64,000 bases of DNA. It comes from an uncultured Selenomonadales bacterium (GTDB taxonomy: Bacteria; Bacillota; Negativicutes; Selenomonadales; Selenomonadaceae). Made by a program: the position numbers and the translations under genes. The stretch covers positions 11,151 to 75,150 of the forward strand of contig CALFJB010000056.1 of NCBI GenBank assembly GCA_937877565.1, read 5' to 3'. How positions within the stretch are numbered: the stretch's first letter is position 1; each line of letters starts with the position of its first letter. This document shows positions 1 through 8,886 of the stretch, in pieces. The notes below the pieces were generated by a model that was not told the DNA's origin, did no database searches, and worked only from the letters and a program-made list of their open reading frames with translations.

Positions 1-308
1 GCGCGGCTTGCAGTAAACTTGCAAAGGCGAACGGTTTTTCTGTCGTTACAGATTTAGGCGGTCACGGTTGCGGCAAAGATTTTCACTTAGAGCCGTTTGT
101 AAGTCACGATTGTAAAGCCGGTACTGGTATGCTTTTAGTTCCAGGTATGTCAATCACGGTTGAGCCAATGATTAACGCCGGTGGCAAAAAAGTTACAGTC
201 GATAACAAAGATCATTGGACTGTCCGCACGAAAGACGGCAGTTTGTCCGCGCAATGGGAGAAAACTATTTTAATTACTGAAACAGGCAATGAAGTTTTAG
301 CGTCGTAA
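1..308 (+). CDS. map: methionine aminopeptidase type I, C-terminal fragment (5' end outside window)
   Basis: Frame ending at TAA 306-308 translates to ...GMSITVEPMINAGGKKVTVDNKDHWTVRTKDGSLSAQWEKTILITETGNEVLAS, a typical MetAP-I C-terminus. Confidence 0.8.
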   Translation, partial: AACSKLAKANGFSVVTDLGGHGCGKDFHLEPFVSHDCKAGTGMLLVPGMSITVEPMINAGGKKVTVDNKDHWTVRTKDGSLSAQWEKTILITETGNEVLAS

Positions 309-322
309 TTTTTTATGTTTAA

Positions 323-517
323 ATGTACTTTTCTGTCAGTCGAAACAGAAAGAGCAAATGTTCGTACTCCTCACATTTGCAACCAAAAGAATTCTTTTTC
401 GCCCGTCCGCCGCTAAGGTGTAGCACGCTCCTAGTAGGTGTGCCGCCAGAGGCGGCGCGTAGTTTACCGCACGCGCCAACTTTACTGTTATCGGCGGCAC
501 AGGACGGGCGTTTTTTT
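323..517 (+). repeat. structured intergenic repeat, copy A: stem-loop HP1 (328-352), stem-loop HP2 (354-380), Rep-X module (400-510) plus T7 run
   Basis: Rep-X aligns over ~110 nt with 63451-63571 (shared GCCGCCAGAGGCGGCGCGTAGTTT..CGCACGC.CCAACTTTA..CGGCGGCACAGGACG). Closing stem GCCCGTCC/GGACGGGC plus T-run could terminate map. ORF 323..532 is only a translation of this repeat. Confidence 0.7.
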
Positions 518-544
518 ATATTTTTTATTTAAAGGTGACATTTA

Positions 545-1699
545 ATGGCAACATTTACAGAATTAAAAGTCAGCGCAGAAGTTTGCGAAATTTTAAAACG
601 GCAAGGAATTATAACGGCAACTTCCGTACAAGAAAGAGTTATCCCGCAAGCCCGCGCGGGCAATGATTTAATCGTTCAATCTAAAACCGGCACAGGAAAA
701 ACTTTGGCGTTCCTATTGCCGACGATTGAACGGCTGAAAAAAATTCCCGCCACGCAAGAATTAATTATTGCGCCGACGCGGGAACTTGCAACCCAAATTT
801 CTAAAGTTGCAGAAAAAATCTGCGCGACGCTTGAAATTGAATCTTTGCTAATTTGTGGCGGACAAGATATTGACAGGCAAAAAGAAAAACTCAAACGAAT
901 ACCGCAATTAGTTATTGGAACGCCGGGCAGACTTTTAGACCATTTGCGGCGCGGTACTATCCAACTTAAAAATATTAATAAAATCGTAATCGACGAAGCG
1001 GACGAACTTTTAAAACTTGGCTTTATTGAAGACGTTGAAAATCTTTTGCGTGAAACTGCCAAAGACAGACAAATAATTTTATGTTCGGCAACAATGCCGC
1101 TTAGAATCAGGCAACTTGCCGCCGAATTTTTAAAAACTCCAAAAGAAATTTTAGTCGAAACTAAAACCGTAACGCTTGAAAATATTAATCAAGTTGTTGT
1201 AAAAGTTTCAGCTGAAAAAAAATTTGCGTGTCTTTGTGAAATTTTGCAAAGTGAAAATCCCTATCTTGCAATGATTTTCTGCGCTACGAAGGAAACAACT
1301 TCAAAACTTGCGTTGGAATTGGCGAAGAAAAATTTTGAAGTTGACGAATTGCACGGCGATTTAACGCAACAGCAGAGAAATTTTGTACTGAAAAAATTTC
1401 GTGAGGCGAAAATTCAAATTCTTGTTTCAACTGACATTGCGGCGCGTGGCTTGGATATTGAAGGCGTGACGCACGTTATCAGCTACGAGGTACCGCGTGA
1501 CGTTGAAACTTACATTCACAGAATCGGCAGGACAGGTCGCGCAGGCGAACACGGCACGGCAATTACTTTGGTTACTGCCGCTGAAGTTGAAAAACTGCGC
1601 CGAATTGAACGCGGTATTAAAAAACAAATTGCGGTTAAACGTCCCGCGCCTAAAACTCCACGCGCCAAACAAATTCAAAAATATAACCGTAAGCGTTGA
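545..1699 (+). CDS. DEAD-box ATP-dependent RNA helicase
   Basis: Motifs AQSKTGTGKT (Walker A), VIDEADELL (DEAD), CSATMP (SAT), HRIGRTGRAG (motif VI); basic C-terminal tail. Confidence 0.95.
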   Translation: MATFTELKVSAEVCEILKRQGIITATSVQERVIPQARAGNDLIVQSKTGTGKTLAFLLPTIERLKKIPATQELIIAPTRELATQISKVAEKICATLEIESLLICGGQDIDRQKEKLKRIPQLVIGTPGRLLDHLRRGTIQLKNINKIVIDEADELLKLGFIEDVENLLRETAKDRQIILCSATMPLRIRQLAAEFLKTPKEILVETKTVTLENINQVVVKVSAEKKFACLCEILQSENPYLAMIFCATKETTSKLALELAKKNFEVDELHGDLTQQQRNFVLKKFREAKIQILVSTDIAARGLDIEGVTHVISYEVPRDVETYIHRIGRTGRAGEHGTAITLVTAAEVEKLRRIERGIKKQIAVKRPAPKTPRAKQIQKYNRKR

Positions 1700-1766
1700 A
1701 GGAATATTTCACTGCGCGGCGAAAATTGAAGTTAGAAATTTGAAATGTATCGAAAGTTTATATGCT

Positions 1767-2498
1767 ATGAAAGTTTTAAAAATTTTTTTATTGGCGGTAA
1801 TGTGTCTAAGTTGCGCCGGTTGTTTTCAAGCCGAATCCAATTTGAAAATTACTGACGACGGCGAAGTTACTATGAAAAATAAATTTATTGGTGCGCCGCT
1901 AATCGCCGGAGTTATCGAAGAATCTAAAAACAATATGCTGAAAAATAATCCCGACGCCAAAGTTAGAAATGTCAGCGAAGGCGGCTACAACGGCTACGAA
2001 ATTGAAATTTTTTATCCTGATATGGACAAATTCGCCGCAAATAATTTTGAAATGTATCAAGCGCGTCCCGGCAAATGTACCGGCGTTCAAATTTCGCACG
2101 GCTTTTTTTATGATACTTGCAATTTCGATTTACTTTTTGAAGGACAGAAAATTGACACTTCAGATTTAAACGCGGCAATGACTCAAGCATTTTTCGCGCA
2201 GATTAAATTTGATTTTGCAGTTGAAATACCTTACGCCGCCGAAAATTCCAACGCTGATTATATGAGCAACGACGGCAAAATTTTAACGTGGAATATCGCT
2301 CCGGCTTTAATCAACGGGCAGGATAAAGCTATGCAATTTAATTTTAAAATTTATCATCCGCTTAGAATTGCGGCAACATTTTTCTTGACACTGTTGGTTA
2401 TTGCGGGCGTAATTTATAATTTAACTCAAGTAAAAAATAGGAAGCTGGAGAAAAAGGAAATTAGGGAAGAAAATGAAAATCAAAACCCTAACCCCTAA
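1767..2498 (+). CDS. putative lipoprotein with C-terminal membrane anchor
   Basis: Internal ATG at 1767 gives signal peptide MKVLKIFLLAVMCLSCAGC (lipobox). The upstream part of ORF 1497.. overlaps the helicase 3' end. There is a C-terminal TM helix, and the last codons (QNPNP stop) lie inside a heptamer array. Confidence 0.6.
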   Translation: MKVLKIFLLAVMCLSCAGCFQAESNLKITDDGEVTMKNKFIGAPLIAGVIEESKNNMLKNNPDAKVRNVSEGGYNGYEIEIFYPDMDKFAANNFEMYQARPGKCTGVQISHGFFYDTCNFDLLFEGQKIDTSDLNAAMTQAFFAQIKFDFAVEIPYAAENSNADYMSNDGKILTWNIAPALINGQDKAMQFNFKIYHPLRIAATFFLTLLVIAGVIYNLTQVKNRKLEKKEIREENENQNPNP

Positions 2499-2519
2499 TT
2501 CCTAATCCCTAGCCCCTAA
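2461..2519. repeat. heptamer array (TTAGGGA ... CCCTAAC/CCCTAAT/TCCTAAT/CCCTAGC)
   Basis: Read directly; followed by the conserved leader CGACCGAAGGGAG (2523-2535) and the pfp start codon. Confidence 0.85.
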
Positions 2520-2543
2520 AAACGACCGAAGGGAGTTTTTTTA

Positions 2544-3809
2544 ATGGTTGGAGTAAGAAATGTAGTGGCTATAGTTTGTGGCGGCGGTCCCGCGCCCGGT
2601 ATTAACGCTGTTATCAGCGCGGTTACAAATACCGCCAATCGTAACGGCTGGGACGTTTTGGGAATGTACGACGGCTTTTCACATTTGGGACGCGGCGAAA
2701 AAAATTATATTCGCCTTGATTCTGCCAACGTCAACCGTATTCATTTAACCGGCGGCTGTATCCTTCGTATGTCTCGTTTCAATCCTACAAAAAAAGAATC
2801 TGATTTACATACCGTTGTTGAAACTTTGACAGAATTGGGCGTTAATTACCTCGTAACAATCGGCGGCGACGATACTGCTTTCAGCTCTTCCGCAGTTTCA
2901 GAATACGCCCGCAAACTTGGACGCACTATTAACGTTGTCCACGTTCCAAAGACGATTGATAACGATTTACCTTTGCCTGAAGGTATTCCTACATTCGGCT
3001 TTGAAACTGCCCGCGCGTTCGGTACTACCGAAATTCAAAATTTAATGGAAGATGCCCGCACTTCAAATAATCGTTGGTACTTTACAATCGCAATGGGACG
3101 CACTGCCGGACATTTGGCGTTGGGTATGGGACGCAGTGCAGGCGCGGCTGTTACGATTATTCCTGAAGAATTTCCGCAACCTAAAATTCGTCTTCAACAG
3201 ATTGTTGATATTATTGTTGGCTCAATCGTCAAACGTTATGTAATTGGTAAAAATTACGGCGTTGCAGTTATCGCTGAAGGCGTCATTGAAAAAATCGCTG
3301 AAGAAGACTTCGCCGAACTCGGCAACGTTGTACTTGATGAACACGGTCATATTCGTTACGCTGAATTGGACTTTGGCGAAATTCTCAAGCAAAAAGTTTT
3401 GGGCGAATTGAAACGCCTCAATATTAAAATGTCAATCGTCGATAAAGAAATTGGCTATGAATTCCGTTGCGCGGCTCCTATTGCTTACGATATTGACTAC
3501 GCACGCAATTTGGGCTATGAGGCTATGCAATTCTTGATGAGAGGCGACAGCGGCGCACTTATCACTATTCAAGACAATGAAGCCGTTCCAATGCGCTTTG
3601 AAAATATTCGTGATCCTGAAACAGGCAAAACATTTGTACGCCGCGTTAATGTAAATTCTGTACATTACAAAATTGCGCGTGGCTTTATGACTCGTTTGGA
3701 AAAAGGCGACCTCGAAGATCGCGGTTTGGCTAACGCTTTCAAAATGGAGCCGGAAGAATTTAAAAACCGCTATCAATATCTCTTTGATAATGAACCTTCA
3801 CTTGACTAA
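2544..3809 (+). CDS. pfp: 6-phosphofructokinase, pyrophosphate-dependent type
   Basis: PFK-family motifs CGGGPAPGINAVI, TIGGDDT, PKTIDNDL, MGRTAGH; the 421-aa length is typical of PPi-PFK. Confidence 0.85.
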   Translation: MVGVRNVVAIVCGGGPAPGINAVISAVTNTANRNGWDVLGMYDGFSHLGRGEKNYIRLDSANVNRIHLTGGCILRMSRFNPTKKESDLHTVVETLTELGVNYLVTIGGDDTAFSSSAVSEYARKLGRTINVVHVPKTIDNDLPLPEGIPTFGFETARAFGTTEIQNLMEDARTSNNRWYFTIAMGRTAGHLALGMGRSAGAAVTIIPEEFPQPKIRLQQIVDIIVGSIVKRYVIGKNYGVAVIAEGVIEKIAEEDFAELGNVVLDEHGHIRYAELDFGEILKQKVLGELKRLNIKMSIVDKEIGYEFRCAAPIAYDIDYARNLGYEAMQFLMRGDSGALITIQDNEAVPMRFENIRDPETGKTFVRRVNVNSVHYKIARGFMTRLEKGDLEDRGLANAFKMEPEEFKNRYQYLFDNEPSLD

Positions 3810-3835
3810 TTAATTTTTCACAATAAAAAAAAATT

Positions 3836-3865
3836 AAGCCGTTCAGAAATGAGCGGCTTTTTAGT
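3836..3865. terminator. bidirectional intrinsic terminator between pfp and the MATE gene
   Basis: Hairpin AAGCCG..CGGCTT flanked by an A-run and a T-run, between convergent genes. Confidence 0.6.
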
Positions 3866-5210
3866 TTTTAATTTCTTTTAAATTTTTAGTGTAAAATCTG
3901 TAGGCAATTATCAAAAATACCATTGTAAAGAACCAACTGACGCCGTAAACTGCCATTAACGCCGCGTAAGTTGGAATTTTTGCAAAGACTGTGAAAACCC
4001 AAGTAATTCTGATACCGCACACGAAAACCAAAGTAATTATCGCAGGAGCTAAAGAAATACCGTAGCCGCGCAATGAACCCGAAACTATTTCCATTACAAC
4101 CGAAATTATTTCCGGCGCAATGATATACCACAATCTTATAACGCCCAATCTTATAACTTCGGAGTCATCGTTGAAAAATCTTACAAGCGGCTCGGCAAAA
4201 TATAAAATTGCCGCAGATAAAATCAACATCAGCACGATATTTATTTGCAGCGAAACTTTTGTAACGTCCTTGCAACGTGGCAAATTTCCCGCGCCGTAAT
4301 TTTGACTTACAAAAGTTGTTGCCGCCTGTCCAAAGCCGTTTGTTAAGCAGAAAACATTTATTTCAATCGTAAAAGCCGCCGCACTTGCCGCCATTGCGTC
4401 CGCGCCCAGTGCGTTTATCGCAGATTGTATCAGCAAATTTGACAGCGAAAATACCATTCCTTGAATACCGGCGGGCAGTCCGATTCTAACCGTTTCTTTC
4501 AAGCAGGATTTATCAATTTTCAATTCTGAAATTTCAAGGTGAATGACACCTTCAGCTTTTCGCAAGCCGTGAAAAAGCATAACCGCGCTAACTGCATTTG
4601 CAATTACCGTAGCCCACGCCACGCCTTCAACGCCCATATCAAATTGCAGGACAAAAATCAAATTCAGTGCAATATTTAAAAAGCTTGCAACCGTCAGGGC
4701 AATTAACGGCGTTTGAGTATCGCCGCGACTTCTGAAAATTGCCGCCTCAAAATTGTAAATTCCCATTACGGGAAGTCCAACGGCGTAAATTCTCAAATAA
4801 GTTTCAGCCATTGGTGCAACTGCCGCCGGTACTTGCAACCATTCAAAAACGGGATTAACTAAAATTTCTGCAATTCCCCAAAGTGCCACGCCGACAATTA
4901 TTGCCAATAAAAAAGCCGTATTAACTGCATTATGCACACGGTCAAATTTTTCTGCGCCGATATTTTGAGCAATTACGACGTTTGCGCCCAAACTCAAGCC
5001 CATAAATAAATTTACAAGCAAGCCGATTAAAGCGGTGTTGTTTCCAACTGCCGCCATTGCGTTTTTGCCGACGTATTGCCCCAAAACTGCCACGTCAGCC
5101 GCGTTTAAAAGTTGTTGCATTACGCCGGTTAAAGCTAACGGCAGAGCGAACAAAATTATTTTGTCCCACAACGTGCCGTGCAACATATCAATATCACGAG
5201 TTTTTAACAT
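3861..5210 (-). CDS. MATE family multidrug efflux transporter
   Basis: 449 aa, about 12 hydrophobic helices, N-terminal LWDKIILFALPLALTGVMQQLLNAADVAVLGQ typical of MATE/NorM proteins. Confidence 0.85.
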   Translation of the reverse strand: MLKTRDIDMLHGTLWDKIILFALPLALTGVMQQLLNAADVAVLGQYVGKNAMAAVGNNTALIGLLVNLFMGLSLGANVVIAQNIGAEKFDRVHNAVNTAFLLAIIVGVALWGIAEILVNPVFEWLQVPAAVAPMAETYLRIYAVGLPVMGIYNFEAAIFRSRGDTQTPLIALTVASFLNIALNLIFVLQFDMGVEGVAWATVIANAVSAVMLFHGLRKAEGVIHLEISELKIDKSCLKETVRIGLPAGIQGMVFSLSNLLIQSAINALGADAMAASAAAFTIEINVFCLTNGFGQAATTFVSQNYGAGNLPRCKDVTKVSLQINIVLMLILSAAILYFAEPLVRFFNDDSEVIRLGVIRLWYIIAPEIISVVMEIVSGSLRGYGISLAPAIITLVFVCGIRITWVFTVFAKIPTYAALMAVYGVSWFFTMVFLIIAYRFYTKNLKEIKN

Positions 5211-5254
5211 TATTTTTCCAAATTTGAAAATTTTTAAATTGATTAAATTTCAAA

Positions 5255-5290
5255 TCCCTAATCCTTAGTCCCTATTTCCTAGCCCCTAAC
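5255..5290. repeat. heptamer array (TCCCTAA TCCTTAG TCCCTAT TTCCTAG CCCCTAA)
   Basis: Read directly; lies between the comM stop and the MATE gene start. Confidence 0.8.
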
Positions 5291-6825
5291 TACTGAACGT
5301 CCATATCTAAATCGTTGCGAAGTTTGACGGCTTCGGCAATATGTTTGGCGGAAATTTCAGCCGCGCCGCCGTCCAAATCTGCGATTGTGCGCCCAACTTT
5401 TATAATTCGGTCGTAGGAACGCGCAGAAAGTTTTTTCGTTTCAAAAACATCCTTCAAAAGTTTTTCGGCGTCTTCAGTCAATTTGCAAAATTCCTGCAAC
5501 ATTGCATGATTCATTTGTGCGTTGCAGAAAAGATTATATTTTTGAAGGCGTTGCAGTTGAATTTCACGTGCGGCGGAAACTCTTTCACGGACTGCGGCGG
5601 AAGTTTCAGCCTTTCTTTTTGAAGTTAAATCCTCGTACTTTACGCGCGGTACTCTAATATGAATGTCAATCCTATCTAAAAGCGGTCCGGAAAGTTTGCG
5701 CGTATAACGTTTAATTTCAAGCGGCGAACAGTTGCAGGTATGATCTTTATCGCCGTACCAACCGCACGGGCAGGGATTCATCGCACAAATTAAAATCATA
5801 CTGGAAGGAAAAGTTAAAGTGCCGTTGACGCGGCTAACTGTAATTTGTCTTTCTTCCAACGGCTCGCGCAGGGATTCAAGCACATTTTTTTTAAATTCAG
5901 GCAATTCGTCCAAAAATAAAACGCCGTGATGTGCAAGCGTAACTTGTCCGGGTTTTGGAATAATTCCGCCGCCAATAATCGCTGCAGTTGAGGCGTCGTG
6001 ATTCGGATTCTGAAACGGGCGTTTAGTAATTAAGCCGCCGTTACGTTTCAATTTTCCTGCCACGCTGTAAATTTTTGTAACTTCAAGAGCCTCTTCGTGC
6101 GTCAATTCCGGCAAAATTGAACTTACGCGCTTTGCAAGCATAGTTTTACCACTGCCGGGAACGCCTACCATTAAAACGTTATGCCCGCCCGCCGCCGCAA
6201 TTTCCAGCGCACGTTTCGCCATAAATTGCCCTTGCACGTCTGAAAAATCGTCAACCAATTCTATAAAGCCGTCAACTTCTTCGACAGGTTGAGGCGTTGC
6301 AGGTTTAATTTCAAATTCGCCTTGAAAAAATTCTACCAATTCAATTAAAGTTTGAGGCGCGTAAACTTCGACGCCTTCAACAAGTAAAGCCTCGTTAATG
6401 TTGTCCTGCGCGACGACAATTTTTTTAAAACCTGCGTCACGGGCTGTAACAGTCATTGGCAAAATTCCATCAACGGCGCGGAGTTTACCTTCAAGCGACA
6501 ATTCAGAAATTAATACAAACTCGTTTAAAATTTCGGTAGGAAATTTACCTTGAGCCGCCAAAAGTCCAACGGCTATTGGCAAATCTAAGCCGGAACTTTC
6601 TTTGCGAACGTCAGCAGGGGCAAGATTGACGGTAACTTTTTCTTGACGAAGACGCAAGCCGGAATTTTTTATGGCGGTGCGGACGCGCTCCTTTGCCTCA
6701 CGAACGGCAGCATTTGCAAGTCCAACAACGTCAAATGACGGCATACCGTTCGCACTGTCAACTTCAACTGAAATTATTAAGCCGTCAACCCCTTGTGTCG
6801 TTGCTCCAAAAGTTCTGGCGTACAA
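5290..6825 (-). CDS. comM: YifB/ComM family Mg-chelatase-like AAA+ ATPase
   Basis: Walker A GVPGSGKTMLAKR, Walker B GVLFLDELPEF, Cys cluster CPCGWYGDKDHTCNC, 511 aa. Confidence 0.9.
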   Translation of the reverse strand: MYARTFGATTQGVDGLIISVEVDSANGMPSFDVVGLANAAVREAKERVRTAIKNSGLRLRQEKVTVNLAPADVRKESSGLDLPIAVGLLAAQGKFPTEILNEFVLISELSLEGKLRAVDGILPMTVTARDAGFKKIVVAQDNINEALLVEGVEVYAPQTLIELVEFFQGEFEIKPATPQPVEEVDGFIELVDDFSDVQGQFMAKRALEIAAAGGHNVLMVGVPGSGKTMLAKRVSSILPELTHEEALEVTKIYSVAGKLKRNGGLITKRPFQNPNHDASTAAIIGGGIIPKPGQVTLAHHGVLFLDELPEFKKNVLESLREPLEERQITVSRVNGTLTFPSSMILICAMNPCPCGWYGDKDHTCNCSPLEIKRYTRKLSGPLLDRIDIHIRVPRVKYEDLTSKRKAETSAAVRERVSAAREIQLQRLQKYNLFCNAQMNHAMLQEFCKLTEDAEKLLKDVFETKKLSARSYDRIIKVGRTIADLDGGAAEISAKHIAEAVKLRNDLDMDVQ

Positions 6826-6850
6826 TGTTTTAACCTCCAGTCATTAAAAT

Positions 6851-7141
6851 TCAAGCGTCTATGTCGATTGTTGAAGAAAATCTTGTGTGTTGCCGCCTGT
6901 AAGTGTCATTATCTTTTTGTCGAAGTTCTTCTTCAATCTGCGCGAGTTGCCGCTCAAATTCGGCGCGTTTTGCAGGATTATTTTGAATTTGCTGTGATAA
7001 TTTTTTCTGATGATTTTTCAAATTTTCAATTTTAGAATCAACTTCATCTGTTGAGGCGGTTGTAATTTCTTCAGGTTGACGCGCTTTTTTTGGCACTTCA
7101 ATCGGCTGATAATTGTTTGAATTTACGCCGCTAATATTCAT
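6851..7141 (-). CDS. hypothetical coiled-coil protein
   Basis: 96-aa ORF in the operon gap, Gln/Glu-rich predicted helix; no family recognised. Confidence 0.4.
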   Translation of the reverse strand: MNISGVNSNNYQPIEVPKKARQPEEITTASTDEVDSKIENLKNHQKKLSQQIQNNPAKRAEFERQLAQIEEELRQKDNDTYRRQHTRFSSTIDIDA

Positions 7142-7183
7142 TTTAAAATCTCCTTCAATCGATTTTAATCAGAAATAATTTCG

Positions 7184-7903
7184 TCAATTTTTGCCCTGTT
7201 CAACGCTTTTAATTTCGTCTTTTGAGGCACCTTTCAGCGCGTAAGTATCAAAGGCGGGGCTGTCAGGTATTCGTATTTCTAAACTTGTAATTCGGCAAAA
7301 AGCCGCCTTGCCTTGATTAATGCTCACGTCAAATACATGCCCGCCGTGCTTTTTATCTTCAGAAATGAAATGCAAATGCCAACCGGCGGCGTTAATTCCG
7401 TCCATATAATCTGGGTAATATACGCAAACTAACGAGCCTTTTAAATTTTCAAAAATAAATGCTTTTTGAGTAACGCTCAAAGCATCTTTCAGCGTCAAAT
7501 GATGCGCCACTGTACCTGATTCAGATCGGGCGTCTACCTTTGAAAAATCGCCGTCAATTCTAACCGCGTACATTGAATTGAGTCCAAAATCTTCCTCAAT
7601 GCAAACTGTCAACCATTCTTTGAGATTTTCGATTGTGTCAATTTTTCCAAATTCTTCGATTCTGTTGGATTGAAAATTGCAGACAGCGGCAAACGGTACG
7701 CCGCGTTTATCTTCAGCCATAACTATATCGCCGTTATTTTTAGCGCGGTAACATTTCCCGTCCAAAACAATCATTTCGCCGTCAACATCTTCAAAAGTTC
7801 CAAGTCCCGTATCGCCATTTTTGAGCAATTCTTCAACTGTTATAACAGACTTTGAAAATCCCAATGCCAACGCCTGCAGCGTGGATACTTGATAAAATTT
7901 CAT
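7184..7903 (-). CDS. alsD: alpha-acetolactate decarboxylase
   Basis: MKFYQVSTLQALALG..GLGTFEDVDGEMIVLDGKCY..GWHLHFISEDKKHGGHV match the family. The start was moved to ATG 7903, preceded by GGGAGGAA. Confidence 0.85.
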   Translation of the reverse strand: MKFYQVSTLQALALGFSKSVITVEELLKNGDTGLGTFEDVDGEMIVLDGKCYRAKNNGDIVMAEDKRGVPFAAVCNFQSNRIEEFGKIDTIENLKEWLTVCIEEDFGLNSMYAVRIDGDFSKVDARSESGTVAHHLTLKDALSVTQKAFIFENLKGSLVCVYYPDYMDGINAAGWHLHFISEDKKHGGHVFDVSINQGKAAFCRITSLEIRIPDSPAFDTYALKGASKDEIKSVEQGKN

Positions 7904-7919
7904 TAAATTTCCTCCCGTT

Positions 7920-8294
7920 TTACATTTCGGAAATAACTTCAAAGGCGTTTTCAATGTGGTTAATTTTAAAATCCTTGCCCGCCGAAATAATTTCTATCAC
8001 GTCGAAACGACAAGCGCAGTTGCAATATTTTTCATCTTGCAAAAAAACGCTTGCCGCCTCGATAATTTTTTTCTGTTTGCGAATATTCACAGCCTCCGCC
8101 GGTAAACCGTGCCGAATATTGGAGCGCGTCTTCACTTCAACAAAAACTACGACGCCGCCGATTTCTGCGATTATGTCAATTTCTGCCGTGCGGATTCGAT
8201 AATTTCTCTCTAAAATTTTGTAGCCGTGATTTTCTAAAAATTTTGCCGCTAAATTTTCGCCGGTATTGCCCAACTTTTTTGTAGCGTCTGACAT
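7920..8294 (-). CDS. yraN: YraN family (UPF0102) endonuclease-like protein
   Basis: GENLAAKFLENHGYKILERNYR..EIDIIA..VVFVEVKTR signature, 124 aa. Confidence 0.8.
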   Translation of the reverse strand: MSDATKKLGNTGENLAAKFLENHGYKILERNYRIRTAEIDIIAEIGGVVVFVEVKTRSNIRHGLPAEAVNIRKQKKIIEAASVFLQDEKYCNCACRFDVIEIISAGKDFKINHIENAFEVISEM

Positions 8295-8807
8295 TTAAAT
8301 TTCTTCGACTGCCTGCGCGATTGTACGGCGTTCATTGTGACGACCGGCGGGAGTTGCACCTTCAGCCGCGTAGCCGACGGGGAAAAGTGCAATTAACTCG
8401 TAGCCTTGCATTTCGGTAAATTCAGATTGAAGTTTGAAGGCGTCGAACATTCCAACCCACGTTGTATCAAGTCCTTCAGCTTTTACCGCCAACATTAAAT
8501 GAGTTGCAACTATTGCGCCGTCAATCTGTGCAAAATTTAAATCATCAAACGGGCGCGTAAACGCTTTATTTTTCTGTACGCCGACAATAAAAACCATTCC
8601 TGCGCCGAATGTAAAATTGGTTGCCTTTTTAACTTTTGCCATTGATTCTTCTGAAGTGATTTTCCAAATTTTATACGGCTGATTATTTTTTGCAGTTGGT
8701 GCCGCTATTGCCGCTTGTAAAATTCGTTCGATTTTTTCCGGCTCAATCGCTTTATCTGTTAATTTTCTGCAAGAATATCTTTCCTGCGCCAATTTCAAAA
8801 AATCCAT
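8295..8807 (-). CDS. nitroreductase family protein
   Basis: MDFLKLAQERYSCRKL N-terminus and ~170-aa size typical of NAD(P)H nitroreductases; start ATG 8807 follows GGAGG. Confidence 0.75.
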   Translation of the reverse strand: MDFLKLAQERYSCRKLTDKAIEPEKIERILQAAIAAPTAKNNQPYKIWKITSEESMAKVKKATNFTFGAGMVFIVGVQKNKAFTRPFDDLNFAQIDGAIVATHLMLAVKAEGLDTTWVGMFDAFKLQSEFTEMQGYELIALFPVGYAAEGATPAGRHNERRTIAQAVEEI

Positions 8808-8886
8808 TAAAATTACCTCCAAAAATTTTTTGTAAAATATTTTTCAACGTGCAAATATTTTTTTCCTGCAAAGAATACGATATTTT

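Noticed and set aside
323-532. 69-aa ORF, and the similar stretch in ORF 63395..63757 (shared PPEAARS..HAPTL)
   Set aside because: The similarity reflects the nucleotide repeat Rep-X. Both ORFs run through hairpins and T-runs and have no RBS.
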